Source of the DNA: Hormiphora californensis
Lineage: Eukaryota; Animalia; Ctenophora
Direction: 5' to 3'
DNA length: 64,000 nt
Assembly (NCBI GenBank): GCA_020137815.1
Contig: CM035355.1
Span: 7,316,001-7,380,000 of the forward strand
The first letter of the stretch is position 1; the number at the start of each line of letters is the position of its first letter. Below, piece by piece: positions 47,990 through 62,310 of the stretch. A program made the position numbers and the translations under genes. The notes below the pieces were generated by a model. It made no database searches. It was not told the DNA's origin and saw only the letters and a program-made list of their open reading frames with translations.

Positions 47990-50226
47990 AGGTATTTAAC
48001 TGCTGCTTCAAGCAAGGCATTTACCCCTGGAACGCCAGTATAATCACCCCGCTCCATAAAAAAGGGAGTACAAAGAATCCGGACAACTACCGAGCGGTCT
48101 CCGTGAGTAGTGCAATTGGTAAGCTAATGAGTTGCATATTACTGGAACGACTAAAGGAGTTCAGAAGTATCAAATGTCCTGACCACCCCAACCAACTTGG
48201 TTTCCGGAAGAAGTGCCAGACGAACGACCATATCTTCACAATGCTGACACTTACCCAGAAAGCTAAACAGCAAAAGAAACCCCTGTACGCAATAATGGTC
48301 GATTTCCGCAAGGCTTTCGATAGCATTCCAAGAGAGGCACTTTTCCTAAAACTAGCAAGGATGGGAATCACCGGGAATTTTTACAACATTCTAAGGGATA
48401 TGTATGGAAAATCCTCAGGGAGAATCAAGCTATCAGGCCATGTAAGCAGGGAGTTCCCTATCAGAAAGGGGACCGAACAAGGGCACCCACTCTCACCTGA
48501 GTTGTTCAAGATTTTCTTGTACGACATGTCCCCACTCCTGGATAAAGGGACTGACAGCAGTGAGAATCCATCCCTCAGAAATATCAAGGTGACACACCTC
48601 CTGTTCGCCGACGATCTGATTATGCTCTCCCTTTCGAGAAAGGCTGCCCAAAAGCAGGTTAAAATACTTTGCAATTATTGCTCAACCTGGGGGCTAGAAA
48701 TGAACCTCGGAAAGACCAAGCTACTTGCTTTCAATGAGATTGATAAAGCCCAAAAACAACCCATATACCTATCCAGCACAGAGAAACTTGACGAAGCACC
48801 CAGCTACTGCTACCTGGGCATCAAAATGACATCCTCTGGAGACTTCAGTATTGCCTCAAGAGCAGACCTCCACCTCAAAGCCACCAGAGCAGTATATGGA
48901 CTCAAGAGGACCATTAGGAGAGACAAGGTATCCTTCAGTGCTGGGAGAGCGCTATTTAATTCACTGATCAAGCCAATTCTACTGTATGGAGCTCCAATTT
49001 GGGCACCTATGGACACCACGGTATCTCGGATCATCAAGGAGTCAGTACACGGGGAAGCCAACAGCAGCCTTCTTCGAAAGATCTCAGCCGATAAATCTGA
49101 ACGACTCCTGCTCTCCTACCTGAAATGGCTCACAGGCGTTCATAGCAAAACACAGAATGCAGCAATCTGGGGTGATAGTAATACCATCCCCCTCAATGTG
49201 GAAGCACTCGACATAACTGTCAAGTACCTATCCAGGATTAAAACCCTCGATCCAACCTGGCTGGTCAATGCTGCATACCATGAGCAGAAGAACCTTGGAC
49301 TACCCTGGTACAGATCATTAGTTCGACTCCTTAACACTGACCCCCTCTATAGATTGAACCACTTTGATGCCCTGGAAATCAAGGAAGGACGGAGGAAAGA
49401 ACCGGAATTACCAAAAGTTAAACCCGCCCGAGCACAGACCCACGCCCCGAGTAGAATCTTCAGAGTCCCCTTAATTCAACAAAGAATTGCATCAACTTAT
49501 TCCAAAGCCTGGAGAAACACTATCACTACCTCAAGGAAACTCGACTTCTATCAGAACTTCGACCGGGAAAACGGTGTACAATCCTACCTGGCTAATGTAA
49601 CGAATTTTACCCATCGAGCAGCCCTGGCCAAGCTGAGAATGAGCTCACACTCCCTTAACATTGAAGTAGGGCGTCACCAAGGAATCGCCCGGGAGAATAG
49701 AAACTGCCCATACTGCAACATCACAATGGGTATAAGCATAACGGAAACCGAGCTCCATGTGATCGACACCTGTGACCTCTACAACCCGGAAAGACAGACC
49801 CTGCTAACCGACCTCCCCAAAGGACAAGACCCCTCCCAGCCCATTCCCATTATCTCCTCGATCATGTACACCACATCAGAGCATTCACCTCGAACCTCCG
49901 GGCTCCTTGCGCGTTTCGCCAGCGCTATCGAGTGCAAGCGCGAGCGTTGGATGTCATCAATGACACCTCCCACTTAGCTTTCTCCCCTGTACTAGCTAAG
50001 AAGTGGCAGCAGGCTCCTTTTGTTTAAGACCCCCTTCAGCGTTTATTGTTTTAATACCTAACGACCCCGGAATTTATATGTGTGTGAGTGGATTTTTAAC
50101 TTGATGTTATAAGTTTCACGAACAGGAAAGTGCTGATCAAGGGCAGTGCTCTCCAGTTCTTACACTCATGGGAACATGAGTAGAACTATTTTTCAAACCG
50201 TGTCAAAACCGTGTCAAACCGTGTCA
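47989..50226 (+). mobile_element. 5'-truncated RTEX-like non-LTR retrotransposon embedded in a (CA)n tract
   Basis: Open RT frame to 49977 (NYRAVSV, VDFRKAFDSI, GTEQGHPLSP, LLFADD) with C-terminal LRMSSHSL..E.GR...CPYC...HVIDTC zinc motif. The 3' end is (AAACCGTGTC)x3. (CA)n lies on both sides (47945-47987 and 50226-~50380). Clade is inferred. Confidence 0.85.
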
Positions 50227-50996
50227 CACACACACACACACACACACTCACACACACACACAAACTCTCAAACACACACAGACACACACGCTCACTCACA
50301 CAAACTCTCAAACACACACACAGACACACACACACACACACACAAACACACAAACACACACACACAGACACACATACACACATACTCATGTACTGACAAA
50401 TACAACAGGCAATCAGGCATGTGTAATTATATTGCATTGGCTGATTCTACACACTGAAACACGGACATGGTACACGCTAATTCACCGATATATTTGTACC
50501 GAGAGAGAAACGTGCCAATATTTAACAAGCATTCATGATGTACAACAACAAGTTCATCGCGGTACCATCATAATTCACATGTGTGTATTATAATTTCTGT
50601 CCGTTTCTACACTGTTCCAACACTGTTCCACGTACGTGTGTCACAATAGATTCATTGTCTGGAATATTATTGTATGTCTTCACACGTTACTGACAAATCA
50701 CATACAAGATTTATCTGAGCGGGTCCATCGAGATTTACTCTCACCTTAGTTAATGTAACAATCTTTCTTACTCTCGTTAGTAAAAGTATCGATCTCACTT
50801 TCAAAGCTGCTCCACTATCATGGGGTATGATAAGTATGTCACAAAAAGAGGTTTCCTAGAAACGAGTGGATTAAAGATAAGTATTAAGACCTTGTATCGT
50901 ACTGCAGAACTCTTACTATGGCTGGTGGTACTTTGACCTTGGTACCACCTATATAATGAGCTACATTTGTAGTCAGTGGTTTGATCGGCTCCCGGA

Positions 50997-51188
50997 CTCC
51001 TGACCGACTGGACGCATGACCGAATGAAATTCAATCACCCTTATTTTTTAACCCCACACCCCAAACCCTCACCCTAACCCTAACCCCAACCCTAACCTCA
51101 CCCTAATCCTAACCCCACCCTAACCCCCACCATTAACCTAAAACGTAGCCCTAAAATGTGGTCGGTCATTATTCTAGTCGGTCAGGAG
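50997..51188. mobile_element. MITE carrying degenerate (CCCTAA)n repeats
   Basis: Inverted CTCCTGACCGACT...ATGACCGA / TCGGTCAT...AGTCGGTCAGGAG around telomere-like repeats at ~51060-51155. Confidence 0.7.
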
Positions 51189-51722
51189 CCCGCACACTGG
51201 TTTGATCTACCGAACCCTCAGAAATAAAATGTGAGCTACACAATGGGTGGTACCACTTATAAATAAGAGCTATGTTTGCACAGTGAGTGGCACTGAGTAT
51301 GATCTGCGTTTTAGGGGTTCTCTTTCTTTCGCTCTATCGCTCTCTCTCCCTCTAGCTCTATCGCTCTCTCTTTCTTTCTCCATCACCCACTCTCTATCAA
51401 AAATCTCCAGCCAAACGTGCTGCACTTTTAGGAATCAGGAAGATTGAGCTCTGTAACTCACACTGCTGTGCAGCAGATGATAAATTTTAGGGAGTCCTGA
51501 TCGCTGGGACATGGATAGAGAGGGTGGTTGTGGAATCCTCTCTCTCTCCCTTTTTCTCTCTCCCCCTTTCTCTCTCTTTTCCTATCTCCTCTCATTTCTT
51601 TTTATCCCTCGCTCCCTCTTCCTCCACGCCCCCTAGTGCGATCTAGACAGTGTTGCCAGACAAAGTGTACACCAGCCGCCGCCAGTGTACAAGCAAAATG
51701 GTGCAGGAAGCGACTCCCCCAT

Positions 51723-51775
<53 letters not shown>

Positions 51776-52645
51776 GGGCACGGCACCAGCATAATAAAAA
51801 CTACTGTTGTAGGGGGTGGGACGTGGGTGGAAGGATGGGTGTGGTAGTAAATAAAAGGATTGTAAAGAAAAGATTTGGCCATGGGGAGAGGGTTGTTACT
51901 ATTTTTAGTAACACTTTCAAGACAAAGAAATTTTGGGGAGCATTTTGACCCTGCATAACTCTCAACAACAGCTCAGTACGCGACTTTTCTACCTGCAATA
52001 TCAGCAGCACTAAATAGGCTCAATGCAATAATATAGAAATCAAATTACATAATGTATTATACAATTGCGTTTTGGAGGAAATTTGGAAGAAGATCTAGCT
52101 CAACCAGTAAGAGTACAATAGCTTAATTTGTCACTCAATCGTTATGTTATATTTATGAGAGTGAGTGAGAGAGAAACAGAGAGATAGTGTTTGCGGGAGA
52201 GACAGAGAGAAAGAAATATATAGCGAAATAGAGAGGGGAGAGAATGATAGAGAAAAAGAGAGAGAGGAAGAGATGGAGATTGAGGGAGAGAAAGAAATAT
52301 ATAGAGAAAGAGAGAGGGGAGAGAATGATAGAGAGAATGAGAGTCGAACCATAAATGTCCTTTTCTGCTGAAAGTCACGCAGCTCTCGCAAAGATGTGTC
52401 ATTCCGTCGTCTCTGTGAACGGCGAACGTATGCCCTTCGTTCGAAATTTAACTTCTCTATCGTTATTCATTCGCTATCTCCTTATCTGTCGCTCTCTCTA
52501 TCGGCTTCCTAAGATGTGTGCTCTTCTCAGATCTGAATGAATCATTTCCTCCATTTTAGTTTTGCACCTGTTATCAATAAATAACATAATATATCGTTTC
52601 AACAACAAGAGATTGGTTAAAATGTTAAACTCTCACTCTCCCTTC

Positions 52646-52689
<44 letters not shown>

Positions 52690-53049
52690 CTCTCGCTCTA
52701 TCTACTCCTCTCTCGCTCTCTATCTCGAGATCATCTAGTCTCTCACTCTTAACGCAACGTCTCTCGCTCTACGCTAGCGATCGTATCGCTAGCGCTACAT
52801 CTGATCCGCGCGAGCTCTCTCTCTCGTCGTCGATTCTCGCTATCTCTCCTCTTCGTCTCCACGATCTCCTCTCTCCCTCTCTCTCTCTCCATTGCACCTG
52901 GAATTGTATACGGTTTTAGTGTAGGTCTGTTTTCGATAAAACGTAATAAGAGTTACAGTTGTTTTGGGTTATTCGTCTATTTCCTGCCTCAAGCCTCACT
53001 CCTCCCATACAATATGTTATTTATTCTCTCGCTCTCTCCTCTCCCCTCT

Positions 53050-53116
<67 letters not shown>

Positions 53117-54256
53117 AATCATTCATACAGCCTACAATATTTCTCAAATTTCATCACAAATACGCCCGATATGTCTCGCGTAACGCAAGAAACACTTTTC
53201 TGAATATTTTATAATCTCTATCTGTTTATCTCTTCATTTCGTGATCTTGCGCTGGTTGTAGTCAGTTAGTTAAATAACTGATCCATGTTGATGAGATATG
53301 TGCAGTTTATCAGTCACAGTTTATTATAAAATAAAAAAGAAAGGTATTGAGGAAGATTGGGGAAGAGAACGCGGGAAGAGAACATACTAGTCGTGTTCTT
53401 ATTTCGATAATATCTGTGACAGCAAATATCATCCAATATCTCTTTCATTTTATTTTTCTCATTCTTACTTTCTGTCTCACTCTCTATCTCTCCATCTGTT
53501 TCTCTCTCTTCCTCCCCATCGCAAATGATACTTTGGTCGTTCTTAAACCCGAGCTACTCAGTAGTGTCAGTTTAAGAGTTTATTGCTTTTCTAGCATGCT
53601 ATTTAAAAACCTCTCATTCTGTAGTGGGTGGTCCTAATTGCAATATAACCATAGAGTATAGGGCTTGACTCAGGAGGTCTATCAGCCATTTTTTTATTTC
53701 CTCGACTTAAATCATCATCTTTTGTACTTCCTCTAATAACAAATCCACGCTTGTTATGATCATCTTGTGATCATTTAGTTTTGTGGCGGTTATATCGATT
53801 TAACTAATTCAATCCTAATAAGGATGATGGACGGTTAGGTTGGGTTGCCATGGCGATATGCCCCACAGAAGCTATAACACATCTTCTTCTTCCACATCGT
53901 CATGTCCTAATAGACGCCGGTTTACCGTTGGTGGCACCGGGCAAACCATTCTTATCCAAGTTACAAGTAAGTGTGTTCCTGAAATACATTCTCAAATCCG
54001 TTATGTTACGAAGTATGCTACATATTTTGTTTTTCGTCCCACGTCAGAGAGCTAAAGAGGTATTTTTAGAAAAACCTAAGGTGGTCTCCTATGATGACGC
54101 TGTTGTTAAGTTGTTACAAGCTGTGAGGGGTCAAGCTTTTTATATATGCAGATTTGTATAAAATGCCCTTAAATGGTTATGTTTTGAGTCCTGCAATCTG
54201 CACTCGTATATTTAGTTTTTTATGAGATTTGATTCAGATTAAAAATAAAAGTTGTA

Positions 54257-54411
54257 CAGTCGGACCCCGATTTACCGGGATGCTTGGGGAAAGGGTTTTG
54301 CCCGGTATATCGGGGTGCCCGGTATATCGGGGTCAAATACAGTTAATCTCCTATATCGGGGAAGTTTATCCTCCCGGTAAATCGGGGTTCCGGTAAATCG
54401 GGGTCCGACTG
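54257..54411. mobile_element. Tc1/mariner-type MITE with TA TSD
   Basis: TA-CAGTCGGACCCCGATTTACCGG ... CCGGTAAATCGGGGTCCGACTG-TA. Confidence 0.9.
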
Positions 54412-56188
54412 TATTGCTTTATTTAGCATACTCGGAGTGTTTTCAGCTAAGAATGCAGCTGAATGCACCAAACCCCCCATGTTAGGGATGATAGCTTGGG
54501 CGGTATGTGTTGTATGCGTGCAGCTGAGACGATGTGAGACTTATTTTATTCAACATACAAACTGTGAGGTCCTCAACTTTATAGTTTTCTCATGTATAAT
54601 AGTCATTCTAAAATACCTAGTACCCATGAGATTTGGTCGGGGAGGGAGTTTTAAAATTTAACGAGCCCTGGCCCATGGGGTTACTTATTAGGTTTCCAAA
54701 CATAAACATCCTCAATAGCATATTTTATGCGAACTGAATAATATTTTTATTATGCTTTTGCATTCATGAAGTATCCGTGTCCCGGATTTTCCGTGGAACC
54801 GGACTCTTGGCAAAGTGCCCAAAAAGTATCGCGACTGGCAGGAAACATATTCGACTGTCATATTTGTGGCACTCTTGTGTCTTCACACAGAACTGCGAAG
54901 AAGGGGAGTGAGCTAGTTTGAGATTAGCTGTGAGAGTAGTTGTAGAACTATGAAGTATGAAGTTCATTTTCGGTAACAGGAGCTCCGCTTGTTGAATATG
55001 AGAATGGAATGATGCAGGGAATGTATGTGTTACTGCACACGCTGAAATTCTCTTTCTCTCTCTCTAGTCTCTCTCCCTCTCTCTAACGATATTTCATATT
55101 ATACATGTACAGCTTGATGACAGTTATACGCCCGTCTTTTTTCTCTCTCTCTCTCCCCCTCTCTCTCCATCTCTTTTTCATTTCCCTGGTTATTCACTCT
55201 CGCCTATTTTCGTGTCTCGTCTCATATGCAACAAGTAAAATGATCCACTCTTCCCATGATAATAGCCATGCGGCCATCTGAGAGACCCAGACATTAACCA
55301 CCTGGTTGAGGCAACAGGAATAAATGATAGAGAGAATGATATGGAGGGAGAGGGAGAGAAAATGAGAGAGTGAGAGGGTAAAAGAAAGAGAAATAGTTAT
55401 AGTGATAGAGAGATAGTTAGAGGACTTTTACACCAATCATACCCGACGGTGCGTGGCGGTAGGAACTAGGATGCTCCTATATACGCACCGGTGTATCAGT
55501 TACTTACCCCAATCTTGTCTCCTCCCGCTACCTAGAAGGGAGAATCATAAAGGGAGAATCATAAGATAAAAAGGGGAGTCCAAAAGAATGAGTTGAGAAG
55601 GTATTTTTAGGTTAATATGGGGAGGTTAAAAAGAGTAAGAACGGTTTTTGGCACTGCTAAACTGTGAGTTAAGTAGACTGGAAATATCTAACTTTTTTTT
55701 GTCTGTTTTAAAAAACAAGCCGGGTGTTTTGGCCTTTTCTCAAATTCCTCTCAGTCTCCAGACACCACTTCTCTTTCTTCCTCTTCTCTCTCCCCTCTAT
55801 CATTGCCACTGTTTCCTCTCAGCCACGCGGTTCTTCATACAAAGCGATAAAAACATCCGAGCTGGTAAAATGGCCTGGTGAGATAACGAAGCTCACGGAA
55901 ACATAGGGCCCACTGGAATTGGTGTGGTCTCACTTTACAGGGGTTATTTCATGTGCGATAGTCCCCTAGTGGGTTCCCAAAATACCCTAATATAAGAAGA
56001 AGACGGAGTTATATCATTATAAGAAGTAGACACTGGGGATTGTCCGAGTGTAGTAATGTTCCCCTGGGCGCTCTTCTTCTTGCACTGACAGCTCAATGCA
56101 CATAATATATTTAATTTTATCATCTTGCCAGAGAGGCTAAGTATTCTCCAAAAATAACCTTTTAGGATCACTTCCTTTCCCTTCTGCA

Positions 56189-56242
56189 GAAAATAAAAAT
56201 GGGAGAGAACCAGAATTCTGGTTCTCTCCCATTTTTATTTTT
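56189..56242. repeat. Near-perfect spacerless palindrome centred on GAATTC
   Basis: AAAATAAAAATGGGAGAGAACCA-GAATTC-TGGTTCTCTCCCATTTTTATTTT. Confidence 0.9.
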
Positions 56243-58914
56243 CTATCTCCCCTACTCAATTTTTTCAAAGAACATCTGTTTTCTCTTGGAGTATTTTACG
56301 ACCCTCCTGAGCCACCTGAGCATGAAAATAAAGGACGTTCAGGGAAATGATAAGCGAGAGAGAGGGGGTAATTTGTGAGTGAGAATGTGATTTCCTTAGC
56401 CGGTTATAGAGCTTTGAGGAAGTTACACTTATGAAAGTAAAGCCATGATACTGAACAGAAGAAGAGTGAGTGATATACAGACTCTATGGAACTCACTCTA
56501 TTATACAATCGAGTGAGATATAGAGTTAGATACAAGAGAAGATAGGGAGGGGAAAAAACATGGGAGGTTGTTTAAACACTTTTTTAGTCTGCTTTTTTTT
56601 TTTTCCCGTTCTTTTTTGCACACTTTTTCCCATTTTCCACTTTTCCATTTTTTTTTCGCCCTATTTTTTGTTTTACAACACAACAAGTAAGAAAAGGGGA
56701 ACAAGTGTCGTTAAACCCCCCCCCCCTTTCCCCTTCTCTATTCTTTCCCTTCTCTCTCTCTCTCTTCCTACTCCTTTCTTTCTTCCCCTCTTTCGTTTCT
56801 CTCTTCTCCTTCTCCCCCTTCTCTCTCTTTCCTTTCCCTTTTCAGTGCACTGGAAAAAAGAAAATTGCAGGAATCAAATTAAGGGGTTATGCATGCTCCT
56901 TTTTCTTCCACCTTTTTTCCCTCTTTTGTTTTCCAAACATCGTCTGAAAAATGTTACACCCCAAATATAACCTTCATCGCCCTTTTGTGAAATGAATCTC
57001 ACACACCCGCCCCCATTTCAAATTTGATTTGAAAAGGCTGCAGAAATGAGATAAAGAGGGAGGTCAGAAAAAGAAAAGAAGAAAAAGAAAACAAAAGAGA
57101 AGTTCTCATTACCGAGTTAAGTGAGATAAGATGAGGTCATTATATTGCTGGAGAGAGATAGAGTGTCTGAGAGAAGTGTGGAAATTGGGGGGGGGCGAAA
57201 GAAAAATATTAGGTCTCTGTTTCCTTCTCTCTTTTTTTTCATATTATACCCTCACTCTCTCTCTCTCTCTCTTCTTCCTCTCTCTCTCTTCTCTTCTCCT
57301 CTTCTCTTCACTTCCATTTTGGGAGAAAGATAGAGACAAAAATGAATTAAAATCGGTGAACAGAAATAGAAGTGAGTCATTTTCATATTTTCTTTTATGA
57401 CGACTCGCCCAAAACTGCTAATTTTTGGGTTTGAAAATCAAGGAAATCGGATGAATTTCATCAATGAAAAAAAGAAGTTTGTTTTCAGAATGTGTTTTTC
57501 CCCCCCCTTTTTCCGGGTACTAATTTACTCATTTTATGCATGAGCTGCACGCCAATCCATTATAATACTCTCTGTTGAATAATACACATCATGTTACAAA
57601 CGAACAAACATCCGGACAACAAAAAATAGTGAAAATATGCATGTTATTACTCACTGCAAATATTCGCCCCGTAGCTCCCTCGTGATCCCAATTTTAGAAA
57701 AACCTCCACTTCCCATCTCCCGACATGACCCTGGCATTAAAGTTCTTATATTTCTGCTCAAGTCTCAACTCATAGACTATTAATCAGCAAAATTCTACAA
57801 TTTCATCACATTATTGTGACGTAATATTTGATCTTAATTTTAGAAAAATCTCCATTTCATATCTCCCTTCATGACACAGTTGTAAAGTGTAAACTATATA
57901 TCCAGGCTCTATAACTGGTATACCAGATCTCATATTTCCGCTCAACTCATAGACTATTAATCAGCAAAATTCTACAATTTCATCACATTATTCCTTACTT
58001 AACATCACATTATATTGTGACGTAATATTATTAACCTATGACGTCACACTGTACTCAGCGTCACCATTCCTGGACACCCTGCTAAGTCTGAGTAAAGTGG
58101 TGGGGGAGGAGTTAGGGAGACCAGCCGCCAAATCTGACCCACCTGACTTGTTCTCCCGCACATCGTCATCAGGTTAAAACTGCAGTAATTAGTAATTAAA
58201 ATATTGTTAAATAACAGTGCAGTAATTAGTAAAATACCATGGTAATCATTGATCAATTATATAGTACATAACGTTCTGCACGCAGTGCAAGCGCGCCATA
58301 TACGCTCTGCACTGCAGAGCGTATATGGAGGTGAAATGCACGACAGCGGAGCTGGAGTGCATTTCACATCTATATTGCACGAGTGAAACGAGTGCGATAT
58401 AGGAGCGCTTGCACATGCCGTGCAGGACGTTATTGAGTATATATTCCGCGAGAAAACACATGACAAGCAAAAACAATCCTAATTTTGGGTGATTACACAC
58501 AGAGAGATGTGACAAAACAAGGTACAAACTAAGCAAAAACAAACCCAAAAATACTAACAGACACTACTACACCGGTTACACACAAGGGAAACAAGGTCAA
58601 ACAGTGAAAAGAAGAGAGAGTTAAAGAGAGAGATGCGAGAGAGGAGATTGGAATTCTTGGAAATAGCAAACAACAAAACGTGATAAGGGGGTAATTAGTG
58701 AGAGAAAGAGGGAGAGTGAGTGTAATTTGACAGACTTTGTGTCGTGTAGTACCTTGTCAGTCATATTCTGTGTGTTTGTGTGTGAATAAGGTGTAAAAAC
58801 ACTTTTCTCACTTATATCCCGCTACCTCTATATCTGCACGCTCCCGCGGAAGCACAGTGCATATTTCAGCGTGCAAATGGTCGCGCACAGCGGGAGTGAT
58901 ATGTGCACTCGCGG

Positions 58915-61900
58915 TATATATATGTTCGCAAAAGGCAAGCTTCCCCTCGTCCGACCCGAAGTTGCTAACATACAGTCCGATATTTAATAATGGGAACCGG
59001 GGGCGCATTAAACAAAATTCGATTTGACAAATATTCGTTTCTCGGTTCAGGATCTAATGGCACACTTTGTTTCGATTGTTAAAGTCCATTTATTTTTCAC
59101 CCAAAAACTTAAATTTAAAACTTTTGTGGCGTGCGCTACACGTTAACTATATTGTTTATAGCAAGAAAGGGCTATTTCACAACGAATTCCCTGGTTACTA
59201 TGGTAACCAACTCCGTTGTCATGGTAAATTAATCGAACTCTATCGAGTCTATCGCCAGCAACTGTATGAAACTTTCACAAAGGCTCAAAGTTTGAATATC
59301 AAATTTGCCAAAACTGTGCAGGGGCAAAAGTTTTAATTGATTATTATTAATTAATTAATTAGAAAATCAAAAATCCGGCTCCGTTATGACTCGTATTTAT
59401 ACTACTAGAACATACATACAAAGTTTCATTTCGAAATTTCAAACGGTGTGGCCACAGTTTGAATATCAAAGTTGCAAAAATTGTGCAGGGGCAAACAAAA
59501 TTGTGCAGGGGCAAAATTTTAATTACTTATAATTAATTGGATAATTAATTTTGACTATTCCCACTTTTTGTCGATCTTTCTATATGCATGAACTACATTA
59601 CTACAAAATTTTAGGTCGTTATTTATAGCAGAACAGAAAATATACCATTTTTAGTTGCCTTGTTCAGGAAATGTGCAGGGGGTCGAAATCAGCGGTGCAG
59701 GGGAAAGATGGTGCAGGGGCAAAATTTTAATTACTTATAATTAATTAGTTAAATTAAAAATAAGAAATCCAGCCTTTTTATGACTCGTAGTTATACTACT
59801 AGAACATGCATACAAAGTTTCATTTCGAAAAAACAAACAGTTTGGCCACAGTTTGAATATCAAAATTGCAAAAAATGTGCAGGGGTATTTGCCCCTGTAC
59901 ATTTTCAAAAAAAGTGCAGGGGGCCCTAAAAAAGTCAATTTTTGCATGCCTATAACTAATTAATTAATTAATTATCAATACTCCCACTTTTCGAATATCA
60001 TTTTTTATGATTGAAGAACATTCCTACAAAGTTTCAAGTCGATATTTCAAGCAGAACGGAAGATAAACCGTGTGCAGGGGCACGCGTGCAGGGGCAAAAA
60101 ATCAAAATGTACAGGGCAATGTGCAGGGGCAAATTTTGATAGCTTATAATTAATTAATTAATTAAAAAATCAAAAATCCGGCCACGTTATGACACGTAGT
60201 TATACTACTAGAACATGTCTACAAAATTTCAGGTCTATATCTCAAACGATGTGGCCGCAATCGCTGCCTGAAATTTGCCCCCCCCCCCCCCCCCCCCCCC
60301 CCGAAAATCTTCTATTCTTTGTATATATGTTCGCAAAAGGCAAGCTTCCCCTCGTCCGACCCGAAGTTGGAATCATATGGGTTTAGTTTGTCGAACCGGC
60401 AAGTTGCTAACATATTTCAAGTCTTCACTACTTCTCAAATGATCTAATCCCATACATTCAGTCTAATACCAAAATAAAATTGTAAATCCTATTAAAAATA
60501 GAGACAAAAATAATGGCACCAAAATGTGAAATGCCCTTGTAGTTAGTGGGAGCAGAACAAAATCAATTTCTTATCTCACCACGTTAATAAATAATTAATT
60601 AAGTTGATGCTCTTATTTGTTTTAGAGGTGCTCAAGTTCTACCGCCAGCCACTGGATGAAATTTATCCATTTCATTGTGCACAATGCACAGGCTTTGGTT
60701 ACGAAGTTACCCCTTGCCAGCGCGTGCAAAGGTCGCCCGGCGACAGAGTGTGAGGTGTCTTCGATACCAAGCACAGGCTTGTGTAACAAAAAGGGGCATT
60801 TTTATAGCTTATTGTTCATCATAACCTGAAATAAATAATTTTCATTACTTTCACAAAGGCTCAAAGTTTGAATATCAAATTTGTGTAGGCGCAAATTGGT
60901 GCAGGGGCAAAAGTTTTAATTGATTATTATTAATTAATTAATTAGAAAATCAAAAATCCGGCTCCGTTATGACTCGTATTTATACTACTAGAACATACAT
61001 ACAAAGTTTCATTTCGAAATTTCAAACGGTGTGGCCACAGTTTGAATATCAAAGTTGCAAAAATTGTGCAGGGGCAAACAAAATTGTGCAGGGGCAAAAG
61101 TTTTAATTACTTATAATTAATTAATTAATTAAAAAATCAGAAATCCGGCTCTTTTATGACTCGTAGTTATACCACTAGAACATGCATGCAAAGTCTCATT
61201 TCGAAATATCAAACGGTGTGGCCACAGTTCGAATATCAAATTTACCGAAAATGTGCAGGGGCAACATTTGCCGCAAATGTACAGGGGCAAAATGTGCAGG
61301 GGCAAAATTTTAATTGCTTATAATTAATTGGATAATTAATTTTGACTATTCCCACTTTTTGTCGATCTTTCTATATGCATGAACTACATTACTACAAAAT
61401 GTTAGGTCGTTATTTATAGCAGAACAGAAAATATACCATTTTTAGTTGCCTTGTTCAGGAAATGTGCAGGGGGTCGAAATCAGCGGTGCAGGGGAAAGAT
61501 GGTGCAGGGGCAAAATTTTAATTACTTATAATTAATTAGTTAAATTAAAAATAAGAAATCCAGCCTTTTTATGACTCGTAGTTATACTACTAGAACATGC
61601 ATACAAAGTTTCATTTCGAAAAAACAAACGGTTTGGCCACAGTTTGAATATCAAAATTGCAAAAAATGTGCAGGGGTATTTGCCCCTGTACATTTTCAAA
61701 AAAAGTGCAGGGGGCCCTAAAAAAGTCCATTTTTGCATGCCTATAACTAATTAATTAATTAATTTTCAATACTCCCACTTTTCGAATATCATTTTTATGA
61801 TTGAAGAACATTCCTACAAAGTTTCAAGTCGATATTTCAAGCAGAACGGAAGATAAACCGTGTGCAGGGGCACGCGTGCAGGGGCAAAAAATCAAAATGT

Positions 61901-62310
61901 ACAGGGGCAATGTGCAGGGGCAAATTTTGATAGCTTATAATTAATTAATTAATTAAAAAATCAAAAATCCGGCCACGTTATGACACGTAGTTATACTACT
62001 AGAACATGCCTACAAAATTTCAGGTCGATATCTCAAACGATGTGGCCGCAATCGCTGCCTGAAATTTGCCCCCCCCCCCCCCCCCCCCCCCCGAAAATCT
62101 TCTATTCTTCTGCTATATAGGGCCGTCACTTTTTGGATTTGGTGCAGGGGCAAAAATTTTTTTTTTCGTTTTTTCTGTTTTCTTCGGGTCGGAGGTGCCT
62201 GCCGGCACCTAAATAGGGCCGTCACTTTTTGGATTTGGTGCAGGGGCAAAAATTTTTTTTTTCGTTTTTTCTGTTTTCTTCGGGTCGGAGGTGCCTGCCG
62301 GCACCTAAAT
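58915..62310 (+). mobile_element. Non-coding Helentron/HINE-like element with internal tandem arrays and a ~1-kb duplication
   Basis: Subterminal inverted repeat TCCGACCCGAAG (~58950, repeated at ~60355) / CTTCGGGTCGGA (~62182, ~62278), followed by the hairpin AGGTGCC-TGCC-GGCACCT. Interior built of GTGCAGGGGCAA...TAATTAATTAA units; 59270-60320 is duplicated at ~60848-62110. Confidence 0.6.

Noticed and set aside
52640-52890. CG-sprinkled stretch within a (CT)n tract as a structured element
   Set aside because: Looks like degenerate or poorly base-called microsatellite; no consistent repeat or ORF.
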